Positions 50,718-64,000 of a DNA stretch of 64,000 bases are shown here, one piece after another. The position numbers were made by a program, and so were the translations under genes. The number at the start of each line of letters is the position of its first letter. Position 1 is the first letter of the stretch. The notes beneath the pieces were generated by a model. The model made no database searches. It was not told where the DNA came from and saw only the letters and a list, made by a program, of their open reading frames with translations. Source of the stretch: Octopus bimaculoides (lineage: Eukaryota); the NCBI RefSeq assembly GCF_001194135.2, contig NC_068995.1:27980519-28044518 (forward strand), read 5' to 3'.

Positions 50718-51540
50718 TCCCATCATCATCATCATTGTTTAACGTTCACCTTCTGTGCTGGCAAGGTGTTAGACAGTTTGGCAGGAGCTGGCCAGGAAGG
50801 AGCATGTACCAGATTTCTGCATCTGTTTTGGAAGTGGTTTTTATGGCTCGATGCCCTTCCTAACACCAATCACCCAGCAGAGTGGATTGAATGCTTTTTA
50901 TGTGGCACAAGCATAGGTGAGGTCAGTTTTGGCAAAGTTTTCACAGCTAGATGTAAGCTGCAAGACAAAAATCCTTTGAGAGGAGAGGGAGCATTGGAGG
51001 ACGTGATCTTGTGTCAGATGATGAAAAGTTATAGTGAGACAGAGAGACAAAAACAGGTGTCAGGCTGTAGAGGAGGTAGTTACTCAGCCACAGAAAGAGA
51101 GAGAGAGAGAAAGTTATCAGGATTGAGGGCAGAAATAGGTGTGCCGCTGTAAAGGAGATACATGGTTGCTCAGCCTGAGGGAAGAGCAGGAGAGAGGGAG
51201 TGGGAGACAACAAGAGTGCAAGAGAGAGCAGGAGAGAGATTGTGACAGAGTGCTGGGCATACTCACAAGGGACATGGATCAGAATATAAATGGGATGATT
51301 GAGTAAAAGAAGAGAGAGATAGATGGTAGCAGGTAATATAAGTGGCAGGACATTGCCAAGGATGCATGAATAGAGAGCAGGGGAGGGGAATGCAATGAGT
51401 GGTGAAAACCTGAGCATATAGAACGAGTAGGGGTGGGCTACCAGATAGCAATAACATAGTAAACAGGGCCATGAGGACAGGATAGGGGAGTGAGAGGTAA
51501 GCATAGTACATGAAAGAAATGTGAGGAAGAGAAGAGATGT
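50718..51540 (-). mobile_element. RTE 3' tail and long purine/pyrimidine-skewed 3' UTR
   Basis: catcatcatcatcattgtttaacgttcacc..., 'atggctcgatgcccttcctaacacc'. Confidence 0.65.
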
Positions 51541-51559
51541 AGTTTGGTTTGTTGGGATA

Positions 51560-52560
51560 GGGTGTGTGAAAATGTTCTTGTTATGTGCGACTTCACTTTT
51601 CCTTATCCATTATTATTTTGTCTGGTCTGTTATTCTCTAGCTTCCTGTCCTTTTGAATAGCAAAATCCCATAAAATTTTGCATTTCTTTGACTCTAGAAC
51701 TCTATTGACCCAATAGTCATACCATGTACCTCCAGCTTGAAATCCCTACTTCTGACAAAGCTTCCAGTGTAAAACTTTCACAACTTGGTCATACCTTCAT
51801 TTCTTATATTTTCCTTGGTCCAGTGTGGGACAGTCTGCAACAATGTGCCACTGTCTCATTCCTGATTCCATAGGGTCTACATTTTTCAGACACATTCTCC
51901 CCATATGCATATTTTCTCTGACCATGCAGAGATTTCTCTTCAGTCTGTTCAACATGCTCTCTTTGAATTTCATTCTTGTCTTTTTCTCCTATTCCACACT
52001 TAATCGCCTGTTCTTTATTCACTGTCTTTAGTAATTTCTCAGTGCTTTTCTGTAAATATTATAGTAGGCTTTTTCTTTCCATCTATACACACTCTTCTAT
52101 AACAATTAAGCCTCTTCCACCCTGGTCTCTCTTCAAGTACAACCACTTATTATCAGCTTTCAGATGGTGAGCTTCATACATAGTCAACAGCTTTCTAGTT
52201 TTTCTGTCAAGTTACTCTATGTTGTTTTTGGTCCAGTCTACAATTCCAATTCCATATCTAATTACTGGTACTGCTCTTGCATTTATTGCTTCAATGATGT
52301 TTTTTGAATTCAACTTTGACTAATATTTTTCTCACTCTCCTTGTATACTTACTTCTGATAATTTGTTTTATCACTTCATGTTTTATTTCATCTACCTCCA
52401 GTATCCCCAAATACTTATACCACTGTCCTTTCTCAAACACTTTCATTGTTTGCCCATTTGGCATTTCAATTCCCTGACTTTCTTCAATTCTTCCTTATTT
52501 TGTTTTCAATGTAGCGCACTTTTCAATCCCAAGTTCCATACCTACATCATTTGAGAAAAT
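51560..52560 (-). mobile_element. Decayed R4/Dong-like LINE fragment
   Basis: Minus strand 'DVGMELGIEKCA', 'YKYLGILE', 'RKLLTMYEAHH.K...LYLKRDQGGRGL', 'CR..G.RNETVAH', 'KILWDFAIQ'. Confidence 0.75.
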
Positions 52561-52618
52561 GCAAACAGTATATACAAAATTTCAAGCTGCTTATCATTTT
52601 TCACCTAAAGCTTTATAT

Positions 52619-54530
52619 CAGTGGTTCTCAAACTTTTTTCCTCTGGGGTCCATTTTTCATACCCCAAAAAATCTGGGGCTCACTAGAATGAGGACCCTCT
52701 TATAAGCACTACTGATTTTAATATAAGTAGTCAGTTTTATGTTGCCTTGGAAAGATTAATGTAGTGAAAGATGGACAAATCTGGCCTGCTGCATACATCC
52801 TTCTGTCCCTAAAGAGTTAAATTTTGTCTGTGGTATAGAAATTTTGAATTTTTCCAACAGTCTGCATGCAGCCCAGATTTGAAACAAATTTAATCCCTCT
52901 CTGGTGTAGTTCAGCATACCCATTTATACCAATTTATCAGGACTCTTATCTAGTGATTCTTGTGATTATAACCTTTTTGGAGGTGCTGAACCCTAATCAT
53001 ACCCACTGATCACTAACCCAATTCACTAACTATTTATTGAACCCCTTACATCACAACTTATACCAAAATGAATACATAAATTTATGTCAGAGGCCTTCTG
53101 CCAAACCCCTTCATTTGGCTCACTGAACCCCTGAGGTTTGACTGAGTACAGGTTAATGCCCTAATGCATCCACTTAACAGTTATTGACAATACAAAAAAA
53201 TGCTAGGATAGGATATTTGTTTTACTTATTCTCACCCCAAAAGACCAGATAAAATTCAGAATACAACAAAATAATTATTAATGAAATAAATTGGAAAATA
53301 AGAATTATGTTCAATGACTACAGTGTTCTTGGTGTCTTCAAATCAACTTGCCTAGATCCACCTTCATATCTTGGTACAGCTTAAGTCATAAATCCCATCT
53401 CTTCTCAAGTTGTACATTTTTTCTCTGTGAGGACATCATTTGCTGCAAAAAATCCAGCTTCAACCAAACATGTTGTAGTAAACCATAAAAGAAAGGGCAC
53501 CACCTCTTTGAAGAGGATGTGAAATGAGGATTTCACTTCCACACATGCCATCAATCTTCCTTTATGGAGTCTCCCCATCAAAAGATTATTTTCTTAGTTT
53601 GACTAAATCTGTGTGCAATGATAAGATTGATGCCTTCCTCCCTTAAAATATCAAAATGAGCAACATCAAAAATCCACTTTCAAGGTTTTATTTCAATGAC
53701 ATCCTTGAACCATTGATTGATATCTGCTCTTAAGCCTTCCAAATGATTTGTACAGCTTGCAATGACATCAGAGGAAGGAGAGGCTTTTGCTAAGTTGCCA
53801 AAGAACATGAGCTCACTGTTCTGAAGGTGCAGCTGCCAAAGGCTCAATTTGATAATGAAAGTGCAAATTTTTTCCACACATTCAACAACACCCTTGCAAG
53901 GTTTTATTCAGTTAGTTGACATACAAAAACAGATCAACCAAATAGAAAATTTTAGCCTTTGTATCATCTTCATTCATGGCTGAAAACAGATCATTGGCCT
54001 TATCTTTCTGTTTCCTTGTGCGGGTTTGCAATTTCATAAGATGGATGAAGGAAAGAATCATGCTCCACATTTCATCTACACGAAGAAAGGAATTGCCTTT
54101 GGAAAGCCATCAAACTTTGGTGTGCATTAACAGCCTCTGGTGATCTTTGTTTTCGCATAGTTTTTGAAAAATTCAGTTGTGAAGGACATTGGCTTTGATG
54201 AAATTGACAGCTGAAACAGCAACCTGTAATGCCATCTCCATGTTGCCACCAAGGGATTTTGCAGCCAGATCTTCCTGATGAATGATGCAATGGATGGACA
54301 AGTTGTGAGCAACTTCTTTGAATTTTGCTATGAAACCATTGTATTTGCCAGTCATCGCACAAGTACCATCTGTCGCAATTTGAAGATTTTCCAGGGGGCT
54401 TCCCTTCTGTTGAAGATATCCATAAACAACCAAAAATATAGTTTCACTGTGCCTTTTCCATTTGTTTTCCTGTCTTGTTTTTTGTCCACCACTACATTCC
54501 TCCATGGCACAGGTTTAATTTGTGTATACA
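52619..54530 (-). mobile_element. Decayed hAT (Charlie/Buster, ZBED5/8-like) transposon
   Basis: End CAGTGGTTCTCAAACTTTT at 52619. Transposase 'IATDGTCAMTG', 'IHCIIHQEDLAAK', 'LLMHTKV.WLSKG', 'FTTTCLVEAGF'. Confidence 0.8.
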
Positions 54531-54539
54531 AATTTAATT

Positions 54540-54796
54540 TGCGGTCCATGGGAAGAGCTGTTTTAACGCTGTGTCCTGCCCAACTCTTCGAAACGCCGGT
54601 GTTAAAACGGGGGTAGCTGATGAAGGAAAATGTTCTCTATGTGGCGTGTGTGTTTTCTGTACTCTGGTTATTATTATTTTCTTGTCTACGTTTTGTTTGC
54701 AATGTCCTGTACCCAGATATGCACCTATATATACAGGTAGACGTAGGCATGCACATACCTGTACGTATATATGCATATACTCATTTATTATTTGTT

Positions 54797-54832
<36 letters not shown>

Positions 54833-55030
54833 TAGTTAAAAAAAACAATAACAAAAAACAAAAAAACAACAAAGTGAGGACGTGATATGGATAGTATTAT
54901 TGGACGCTCAGGAAAGGAAAGAGAGAGTGTATGACGTTTCGGGCGTAGCCCTTCGTCGGAAAGATGGAAAGTTCGGAGAATGGAAGAACGGAGAAAGAGG
55001 AAAATGGTACCGATGCCCACGAGGTTACAT
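54540..55030 (-). mobile_element. Probable PLE-derived terminal-repeat element with a minimal hammerhead-like motif
   Basis: Minus strand CCGACGA-agggctacgccc-GAAA-cGTC at 54933-54959; stem I is poor. Confidence 0.45.
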
Positions 55031-55043
55031 GATGATATATACA

Positions 55044-56259
55044 CAGGGTGTGAGGGGTATTTGAGGACAGTTTTAGTATACAATAAAACAAGTATATTTC
55101 AGCATAAATAAATATGTATTTGAATAAACATTTGTAGAATTAATCATGATAATGATTTTTTTGAGCAAATTATTCTATGAAACTGCCTTTGGCTTTGATG
55201 ACTACTTCAATGCGGGACTGAAACGTCTAGCATGCTGACACTATATAGTCTTTATTCATTTTGGACATCACCTGGACAATTGTGGCCTTGAGTGAAGCTA
55301 TAGTATTATGAGATTGATGATTAGGCTCCCTTTCAATGGTGCTCCACATGTAGTAGTAATTGGGGTTCAAATCTGGCGAGTTTGGGGACCACATATTGGG
55401 TGTTACATAATCGTAAATATTGTCTGACAACCATTCTTGGGTGACTAGGGCTTTGTGAGAAGGTGCTGAGTCTTGTTGAAACACGTATGACATTCCATTG
55501 CATACTTCATCAATCCAGGGCTTGATGAAGTACCTCAATGTATCCAACAGCATTAATTCTAAGACCCTGTGGAAAAAAGTGGGGAGGCATCACAGTTGTT
55601 GGAAATTTTGTGCGCATCATTCTGGGTACTTCAGAAGAATCTGCACATGACCACCTGTCATTTCTTCTGTTAGACTTTTAATCCTGGTCAAAGTGTTTTT
55701 TCGTCGGAGAAAAACCAAAGCATGTTCATGAGGGTTTTTCACTTTGTTAAGTAACCATTTTGAACGGATGAGACAGTTTTCCTGTATCTTTGCAGACATG
55801 AATTGGCTTTCCTCATTACATAGGACTTGTATCGAAAGTCACGATGTACCACAGTTCGGATAGTCCACTCTGACATCCAAAGTTCTTTAGCAATGGACTT
55901 CATTGATCTTCTGTGGTTTTCATCGATAATATTTTGAACATGTATAAATTCCGTTGTCCTTTTAGAGTATGAGCATTGTGAATGTTTTTTTTTCTTTGAT
56001 ACAGGTGAAATATTACCATCACATGCCTCCAATTCCAACTGAACTTTGTGTAGAAATGATCTTACAACATTTAGAAAGTTGCTAATTTTTAAATCACTCT
56101 GGTTTGCGTGTATAGCAACTATGACTGCATGTCTTTTCATTTCTTGAGTTAGCATGATATCTTGAAAGGGTTACTGAAACAAAAAAAAATGATACATTAA
56201 ATAATTTGAAGGTTTAATGAACTAAAAACAAAATGTCCTCAAATACCCCTCGCACCCTG
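55044..56259 (-). mobile_element. maT/DD37D-like Tc1-mariner, internally deleted
   Basis: TIRs cagggtg(t/c)gaggggtatttgaggaca. 'YVFQQDSAPSHKA', 'WSPNSPDLNP'. Confidence 0.9.
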
Positions 56260-56284
56260 TATACACACACACACACACAAATAT

Positions 56285-57377
56285 ATATATTTATACAAAA
56301 TACAAGAAGGAAAATGCACACAGTTTACATAGTTTTAATATATTTTTTAATGTATAAGTGAAAGAGTATTGCTTGTCGATCAGTTTAGCTTTCAGTAATC
56401 ATGACATTAAAATTATTGTAATTTCATATTTTCTTAAGAAGATTTTAGTCCATGTTGTGTGTGGAGAAGTTTGTGAATGAATGATTCAACAACTAGAAAA
56501 ATCTAAGGGGAGGTAATTGGTGATTGTTATCATCAAATACAAAAAGCAACACAAATTGCTTAAAAGACTTCTAACAAATTTGAAGATTTACACAACAACC
56601 ACGAAACCAACAGTTAAAAAATGTGGATGCCCAAACTGTGGAACATACCCCAACTTACTGGGGGGCTCAGAATTCCTGTTCAAACAAAGTGAGAGGCTCA
56701 CAATTAAAACCAACTTCACTTGTGCTTCTGAGAATCTAATTTATGTTATAACTTGTTCAGGTTGTGGACATAACTATATAGAACAGAGAAGTATGGCACT
56801 GAGATGGAGAACCACACTACATAAGGAACAGATCCAGTACCCACAGTACAGACAGATTCCTTTGAGTGAACACATAGAGAGATGTGCAGGTAATATCCAA
56901 CCATCCTCCAGTGCAAAGAAACAATTTCTGTACAAGAATGTTTAAATAAAGAAAATTTATTCATTGAAAAATACAGAACATGCCTAAATATGAATGCATT
57001 ACCAACTTTGGTCTCAGTATATATTTTAATTCATGATCTCATACCCTTCACTGTACATATTTCATCTCAGTACTTTAGGTTTTGAGTTGTTGTACATATA
57101 TTTATTTATCCCCTCCCCGAAAGATGAGCAATTACCTCCCCTGTCCCCAATAATAACAATCAACAATTACCACCCTTTAGATTTTTTTTACTTATTGAAT
57201 CATTCATTCACAAACTTCTCCACACACAACATGGACTAAACTCTTCTTAAGAAAATCTGAAATTACAGTAATTTCAATGTCATGATTAGCAAAAGCGAAA
57301 CCAGTCGACAAACATAATACTCTTTCACTTATAAAATATATTGAAAACTAAGTAAACTGTGTGCATTTTCCTTCTTT

Positions 57378-57392
<15 letters not shown>
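56285..57392 (+). mobile_element. Penelope GIY-YIG fragment bracketed by ~240-bp inverted terminal repeats
   Basis: 'KKCGCPNCGTYP', 'FTCASENLIYVITCSGCGHNYI'. 56285-56531 is the reverse complement of 57151-57392. Confidence 0.85.
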
Positions 57393-57417
<25 letters not shown>

Positions 57418-57505
57418 TTACAACTCACCACATGAGGATAAGCGAAATTCTCCTCCTTTTTTGTTACTGTCTTTCTTTCTGTCTGTCTGTCTCTCTCTAT
57501 ATATA

Positions 57506-58360
57506 TAGGGTGCAATGGGTAAATTGATGCCATTTTATATTTTTAATTTCATACATGCTTATTGTTTGTTTTTGATTTTGTTCTCTACACAGTATAGTAA
57601 GGTCAGTTGGGTACTGTCTGAGAAAAACAGTACCATGACACAATTCACTCTGCCAGAAATTTGGAAACAATATGCTATACTGCTTGGCATTTGCACCGGA
57701 AGCTCCAATATGAACATTTTAGAGTGTCAGTCTGAGGACAATGCAATCTGAGGACATGTAACGAGAGTGATAAAAATGAAACATCCAGTGAACATCATGG
57801 TGTTTGGAGTGATCACTAGTGATGGTGATGTTATGCCTCCATTCATCTTCCCACATGGCCTCAGTCTCAACATGGAGGCCTGCATCAAGTGCCTGGAAGT
57901 GTTAGTGTTGTGCTGGGTCAAGAGGGTGGCTGCTGGAAGACCCTATGTCTGGCAACAGGACACTTCATCATGCTACACAAGCAGAAGAACCCAGTCATGG
58001 CTGTCAAACAATTTCTGTGACCACATCACCTATTTACCCAGACTGCAACCCTCTTGATTATTATGTGTGGGGTGCAGTTGAACGAGAGACCAACAAAACT
58101 CCTTGTAACACAAAAGATGAACTGAAGGTAAGGATTATGGCAGCATTCACCAACTTAAACAAGGAGACTGTCCAGAAGAGTTGTAGGAGATTCTGAAGTC
58201 ATCTGCAGGCTATGGTTGAAGCCAATGGCGATTTTATTGAATAAATTTACTCTTTAGTATTTCAAAATATTTTTATGTAATTTTGGCAAATATATCTGTT
58301 AAAATGAGGTGTCAGTGTTATTTTCATTTTTGCGTAATTTAGACGACAGTTTATTCACTG
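57506..58360 (+). mobile_element. maT/DD37D-like deletion derivative
   Basis: 'KHPVNIMVFGVITSDGDVMPPFIF', 'YVWQQD', 'PDCNPLDYYVWG'. Confidence 0.85.
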
Positions 58361-58599
58361 TATTATTTTAATTTCCATGCTTACATGAGTTTACTGAGGT
58401 AGATTTTATATGGTTGGATACCCTTCCTGTCACCAACATTTAATTGTGTTTCCAAGCAAGGTAATATTTCCCCATATTTTCTCAGAATATTGGAAATGAA
58501 GGACACAGCTCATATGACTCATTTACAACTATTATGTGATGTCAAGACAAGGAGCCATATTTGGAGTCTACTACTCTCAAATAATATGGCTAGAATCTA

Positions 58600-60810
58600 T
58601 AAGAAAATTAATCCTAGTACATACTACAATATTGATATTGAACCAAAACACTTAACGTCAGCAATTAAAAGAAAATGATAGAGTTGAATGTTTAGCTCTT
58701 TAGAAATCACTTTAAAAATTCTATAAACAACTTTTTAGTTGAGTCCAAGTCAAGACTTATTAACCTTACCAAAAGTGAATTATGTAGAGTTAGTAAGATT
58801 ATTCTATATACCATCAATGCTAAAATCATCAAATCTACTAATCTCTCCTTCTGGCAGAATAGCCTCTCAGTGATAGATTTGTTTCATAATTTACATGACA
58901 AACACAACAGTAAATTTACTTAATTTGGCATAATTGATTTTTACTCTGCTATCACCAAAGGGCTATTAATAAAAACTTAAAATTTTGCTTGCAGATATGC
59001 TATGATAACAAATTTGGATCAGTGTTTTCAATGTTAGAATGGTATGACTGAGCAGAACAATATGAGATTTAGGTTCAATTTTGTAGAATTAGGATTGTAT
59101 AGAGGTACTGTCTTATATTGACATGCAATAAAAATAGGCACCAATTAGACTTTCTTAGAAAAGACTTAATGAGTTTAAGAGCTTTGTCATGTAAATTAGG
59201 AAATGAATCTACCATTGAAGAGCTTTTTGTCTAGAGGGAGAGGTTTGTAGATTTGATATTAATAATTCTACCTAATTCTCTTTTTGTAGGATTAATAATC
59301 CTACACTTGAAGTCAGCTAAAAATTCAAGTTTGTAGCCTTTTAAAAGTGATTTGAGAAGATCTAGGAGTTAAACATTCAGCCCTATCATCTAGTTAGTAC
59401 CAACAGAAACATAGTAAACTATTTAGAGATCACTATGAACCTAACTCTAGGAACCTACACCCCCTATAGAAAACCTAACAAGGTTATGTTACATTGATAA
59501 AACTGCTAATCACCTAGCTAACATCCTCAAGAATTTACCAATAAACATTAGCAAAAGAATATATATATATATATTCAGGGTGTCCAAAAAAGATGTACTC
59601 ACTCTTTGACTTCCCAGTACTCATGCATTTTGTGTTCAAGTAGATGTTTATTGATATACATAGAATCCTAAAAAGTTAAATCAAATTCAGGAAAATAAAT
59701 TGTTGTAGAAACAATTATTTATTGTCATTTAGAATTATTTAATGTTCACTCTCATTCCTGCGTGTTCACAAATGTTCAAACTGCCTTCCTTCATTTTCCA
59801 AACAAAGCTGATAACGTCCAACAATGGATTCGACAACATTGCCAAACATTTCGTTTGGAATTGCAAGACATTCTACTCGAATTTCATTTTTCAAATCACC
59901 AATTGTCACTGGTTTTGCAGCGTAAACCTTATCTTTGAGATGTCCCCATAAAAAAAAAAATCCATTGGCGTGAGGTCTGGGGAACGTGCAGGAAATTCAA
60001 TGCTACCTCTCCTCCCAATCCATTTGTTTAGATTTGTTGCATCGAGGTAAGCCCATACATCACAAAAAACAATACATTAGTAATCGTTTGTCAAAGAGTG
60101 AGTACATCTTTTTGGGACACCCTGTATATCACCCAATAAGTAATCCCAATTTCTAGGAAAACTAGAAAAAGAAACACTACATGGTATAACCCCACTTCCA
60201 GTTTAAACGTTAGAACCAATATTGCCAGATCCTTCCTAAATTTTGATAAACAACCACTTCTCTAGTGACTATAAATTCCACAAAATTTTTAATAGATACT
60301 ATCTCAAAATAAATTATAATTTTATGGAATTAATAGTAAAATGCTAGCCTCCCCACCAACAAATGATTCCTCACATCAATGCAACTGCCTCAACAAAAGT
60401 ACATGCCCTTTATAGGGTAAATACTGTCAAAAAAATATATACTGTGCTAAAGTCTCAACCAATAATTATAGCAACAGTACAAGGCTGCTATTTAGGTCTC
60501 ACTGAAAACACACTTAAATCTAGATATACTCAACATAAATACACTTTCGGATATTAAGAAGAAATTGGCAACAACACTTTCAAAATACATTCAAGGTTTA
60601 AAAACAAAGGCATCAACAACTACAACATCAAATGGTCTGTGAAAGAATCTGCTTCAGATCATTAAAAATGGTAACAAATGTTACCTCTGCTTAGCAGAAA
60701 AATTGAACATTCTCACACAGCTACTCAGACTATTAAATTCCAAATCAGAGTTAAATTTCTCATGTCCTCATCAAAGGAAGTCTTTCTACAATTCTTCAAA
60801 CTACCAACTG
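58600..60810 (+). mobile_element. Decayed Penelope-like element (RT and GIY-YIG) interrupted by a Tc1 MITE
   Basis: 'VNYLEITMNL..GTYTPYRKPN', 'ILKNLPINISKR', 'CYLGLTENTLKSRYTQHK', 'NKCYLCLAEK'. Confidence 0.8.
59576..60124 (-). mobile_element. Tc1/mariner deletion derivative (549 bp)
   Basis: ~34-bp TIRs cagggtgtccaaaaagatgtactcactctttgac. Residual 'PARSPDLTPMDFF' on the minus strand. Confidence 0.92.
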
Positions 60811-61394
60811 GATAACATGAATGTGTAAGAAAATGCACAAGTGTTAGAAATAACACTCTGCATGCCGCTAATCATCCCTGGAAATGTTCAAATATCTACC
60901 TGTTATCTCACTCTCATTGACATTCTGATCTCTTGGCAGTATGGTCCCGCCTCTGTACTCTACCCCCATACAATTCACCAGCCTTTACAGGCTTTAACTT
61001 TCACATGTTTAATATACACCAACCCGTCAACTCCACATTTTTTCTTTTACACTACAGATTGAACACCAATTTCTTTACAATAGAGTTAGTATACCACTTT
61101 ACCTAACAGTTTTAAATTCCTGTGTAGTTTGATCCTTTTATCCATCAATTTAGATATCACTTCATTTATTTCTTCATCCCTTTAATTATATTTATTAATA
61201 TATTTTATTTACTTATTTATTTATTCATTTATTTTATTTGCCTTATTCATTTATATTTTACATCTCTTTACCATTGTTCTTCTGGGTTTTCAGAATGATA
61301 CAAAGGTTTACTCTAACCTCTACCACAATCATTCTTGTTAGCTATGCACTTGGCAGAAAAGGAGAGCTGTTTGATTCTTCAAATCCTTATTACT

Positions 61395-61433
<39 letters not shown>

Positions 61434-62336
61434 GATCCAAAAATTATATATTATTACAGACAGGTAGAAAGCATTGCAAGTTTTAAAAAATCTAATAACA
61501 TTTAAAAGAATACTTAAATGATCAACAAAATTTATAAAAGTGACATATTTCGAGATTTGGAGTCTAGAAGTTGATAGTGTGGATGTACAAATAAATAATG
61601 TAACAGAGAAATAGTATAGAAAGTTATATGTAGCAGAGAGGAGAGAGCAAATACAGTAATGTAAGAGGGAATGCAAATGAAAATTAAAATGATTTCAGTT
61701 CAAAATCTAGTATGAATGTGTAAGAAAATGTACAAGTGTTAGAAATAAATATATATAGATGCAGCTGTGGCTGTGTGGTAAGAAGTTTGCTTCCCAACCT
61801 AAAACAATATCAGAAGAAACTTTTTAATTTTTAAAGGATTAGGACTTTCTATCTCAATCAAGAAGCAAAATAGCAAGATAAGTTCTTTGGATATCACCCA
61901 GACATTAGTACTGGACTGCGTCACTCTTTTCACAAACCTAATAAGAACCATCAGTATGTTGTTGAAATTCCAATCATCCTAAAACTATTATAAATTCTAT
62001 ATCCTTATGCCTCCAGCATCGTAGTACAATTGATATTGTCGACGATAGATAAAGGATACACTGTAACAGTGTTATAACAATACAAAATAGAAGCATGTGA
62101 TGAACCAATAATGTTTCCAACACATTAACTTGAACTGTAAACTGTACCTGGACTTTGAAGACCCAACTACAAACTGCCATCTACATTAAGCCACTACTGT
62201 TTATATGTAGTGGTGCCTGTCTATTCCTGTCAGGAGGTGTCGTACTCTTACCACAACATCTCCCTTTTGAGATTTTGAGTCCTGAAGGAATAAAGAAATT
62301 TTATTATTATTTTTTAGTATCTCAAGGTGTTTGGTC

Positions 62337-62470
62337 TGGAATTTGAAATTAGGAATTTGAATTTTTACACAATATCCGCCTTTCCATACAGTATCAGCCT
62401 GGAATTTGAATTTTTACACAATATTGGTGTGGAATTTGAAATTAGGAACTTGAATTTTTACACAATATCA
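62337..62470 (+). repeat. Short tandem repeat, ~39-bp unit
   Basis: ggaatttgaaattaggaa(t/c)ttgaatttttacacaatatc occurs twice, with a partial unit between. Confidence 0.8.
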
Positions 62471-62619
62471 GCCTTTTCACAGGATGATAGGTATTTTACT
62501 GGTGGTACTTTGGCTGCTGAGCATACAACCTCTACCAGCTTTCATGTAACAGGTTGTACTGGGTTACATGTTACCAGTAGCATCCAAGAGTGACCTCACC
62601 AATGCAACAGGTTGTACTG

Positions 62620-64000
62620 GGTTACATCTTAACAGTAGAACCCAAGAGCGACCTGACTGTATCTTTTCTCTGCCACTATCAGCGAGCACAAAACCTGAAT
62701 TGTTGATTTTGTACTTCCATCTTTATACTTCTGTAGCAAAACTGCTCCTATTCCATACTCCGAAGCATCAGACGCTACAATAACATCCATTTCAGGATTG
62801 AAGTGCACCAGAGACAAATCTGCGATTAGAATTTTTTCTTCAAATGCACTTTGGCATTTAACTGAACAATTCCACTTTACTTTCTTTTTTAATAAGTCGT
62901 TCAATGGAGCTCTTAATTTGTGCATGTTAGGAATGTAGTTTTGGTAGTAGTTTGCCAGCCCAAGAAATGCTTGTAATGTTGGTATATTTGTCAGAGCAGG
63001 CATATTCTTTATTGTGTCTCCCTCAATGGGTTAGACCATCTACCAATTTAATCAATTATTTGCCCTAAGCACCTAATTTGAGGCACAAATAATTTGCATT
63101 TTTCTTCACTCAAAGTGAACCTGTACTTTTTAATTTTATTGAACACAGCTTTTATATGCTCTACATGCTGTTCATGCAAATTACTCTTAATCAATATATT
63201 GTCCGTCACGCCACACACACTTTTCGTTGTTTTATATAACCTTGGCTTCCCAATTTTTCTCCATGTATCCATATTTATGATTGAAATATCACTACTACTA
63301 TAGTTTAATATTTACACCATTTATTTCTATGTGTACGAATTTTCTTGTTTTTGTGTTGTTTTGTGTTTTTTGCTGAATATTCCTTAGAACTTTTTGCGTT
63401 TGATCCTCGTAATCTTGTCCTGCAGTGTAAGCTCTTGTGAACAAGTTTCTGACAACTATAGCGTTTTTGGTTTTTAAACAGACACTCTTTTCTGAAGTGT
63501 AGGCCTCCACATTCGTAATATGGATTAGAGCCTGGCACTCTTTTTTGGTTGCACTTTCCAGAGGTCAACACATCTGTATTTTTGCGGAATCTTTCTCTTG
63601 AAATTTTTCACATCATGCTTCAGGTTTATCATTGCTTGACATTCTTCTGAAATGGTCTGTATGGTTAAGTCTTGGTTTGCTTGCTCCATTTTTGAGAGAA
63701 TCTTTGCCCAAATTTCTCTATTTTCGGTTGCCAAGATAAGGGATTTAAACATATCCTGAGTGAGTTCCTGAAGTCTAAAGTTTTCACACATATGGTTGAC
63801 CACACCAGTATATGTAATAAAGTCATCGTCACTTTTGTTAAGTTCCAACATTCCATTGTTAAATAATGTGTTAAATAATGAACTTTTGTCACAAAAGATC
63901 TTTGAGAGTAATTCAATAGTTTCTTGGAAATAAATCTCACTCAACTTTTTGGACAATATAAAGTTACTGTAACATTCACGCTCGGCCAGAGCTACCTTGC
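62620..64000 (-). mobile_element. Decayed Ty3/Gypsy LTR retrotransposon (gag with double zinc knuckle, RT C-terminus, RNase H)
   Basis: 'LQAFLGLANYY', 'VASDASEYGIGAVL', 'AEKRYSQ', 'LSEEKCK', 'ECGGLHFRKEC'. Continues beyond the window. Confidence 0.9.

Noticed and set aside
54560-54640. GAAAC followed by CTGATGA, a possible type-II hammerhead
   Set aside because: Stems I and II cannot be paired consistently.
62337-62640. CRISPR-like repeats
   Set aside because: Eukaryotic context, irregular units and no unique spacers; these are simple duplications next to a Gypsy remnant.

Overview
AT-rich, gap-containing animal genomic DNA. The SINE, RTE-tail and microsatellite content suggests an octopus or other coleoid cephalopod (inference). 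The only host gene I can support is the 3' end of NUP205 on the + strand: four coding exons (9354-9468, 24579-24707, 24817-24974, 27938-28030) that splice in frame to a C-terminus matching my recollection of human NUP205, followed by AATAAA at 28062. The ~15.1 kb intron 9469-24578 has a minor-spliceosome (U12-type) donor, GTATCCTTT. Nearly everything else is decayed mobile DNA: about 11 RTE LINE pieces (one near full length, with a PHD-like finger inside the RT), tRNA-derived SINEs, mariner/Tc1/maT and pogo elements, hAT, Chapaev3-like, Helitron, HERO-like and R4/Dong-like LINEs, Gypsy and several Penelope-like elements (PLEs). Features the ORF track misses: about ten type-I hammerhead-ribozyme folds linked to PLE termini (two with an intact catalytic core, at 39255-39313 minus and 47621-47734 plus), a 518-bp foldback hairpin inside the U12 intron, and a two-template patchwork insertion resembling a Pol theta repair scar. 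No database searches were run; family assignments come from recognised motifs and TE boundaries are approximate unless TIRs or TSDs are cited.
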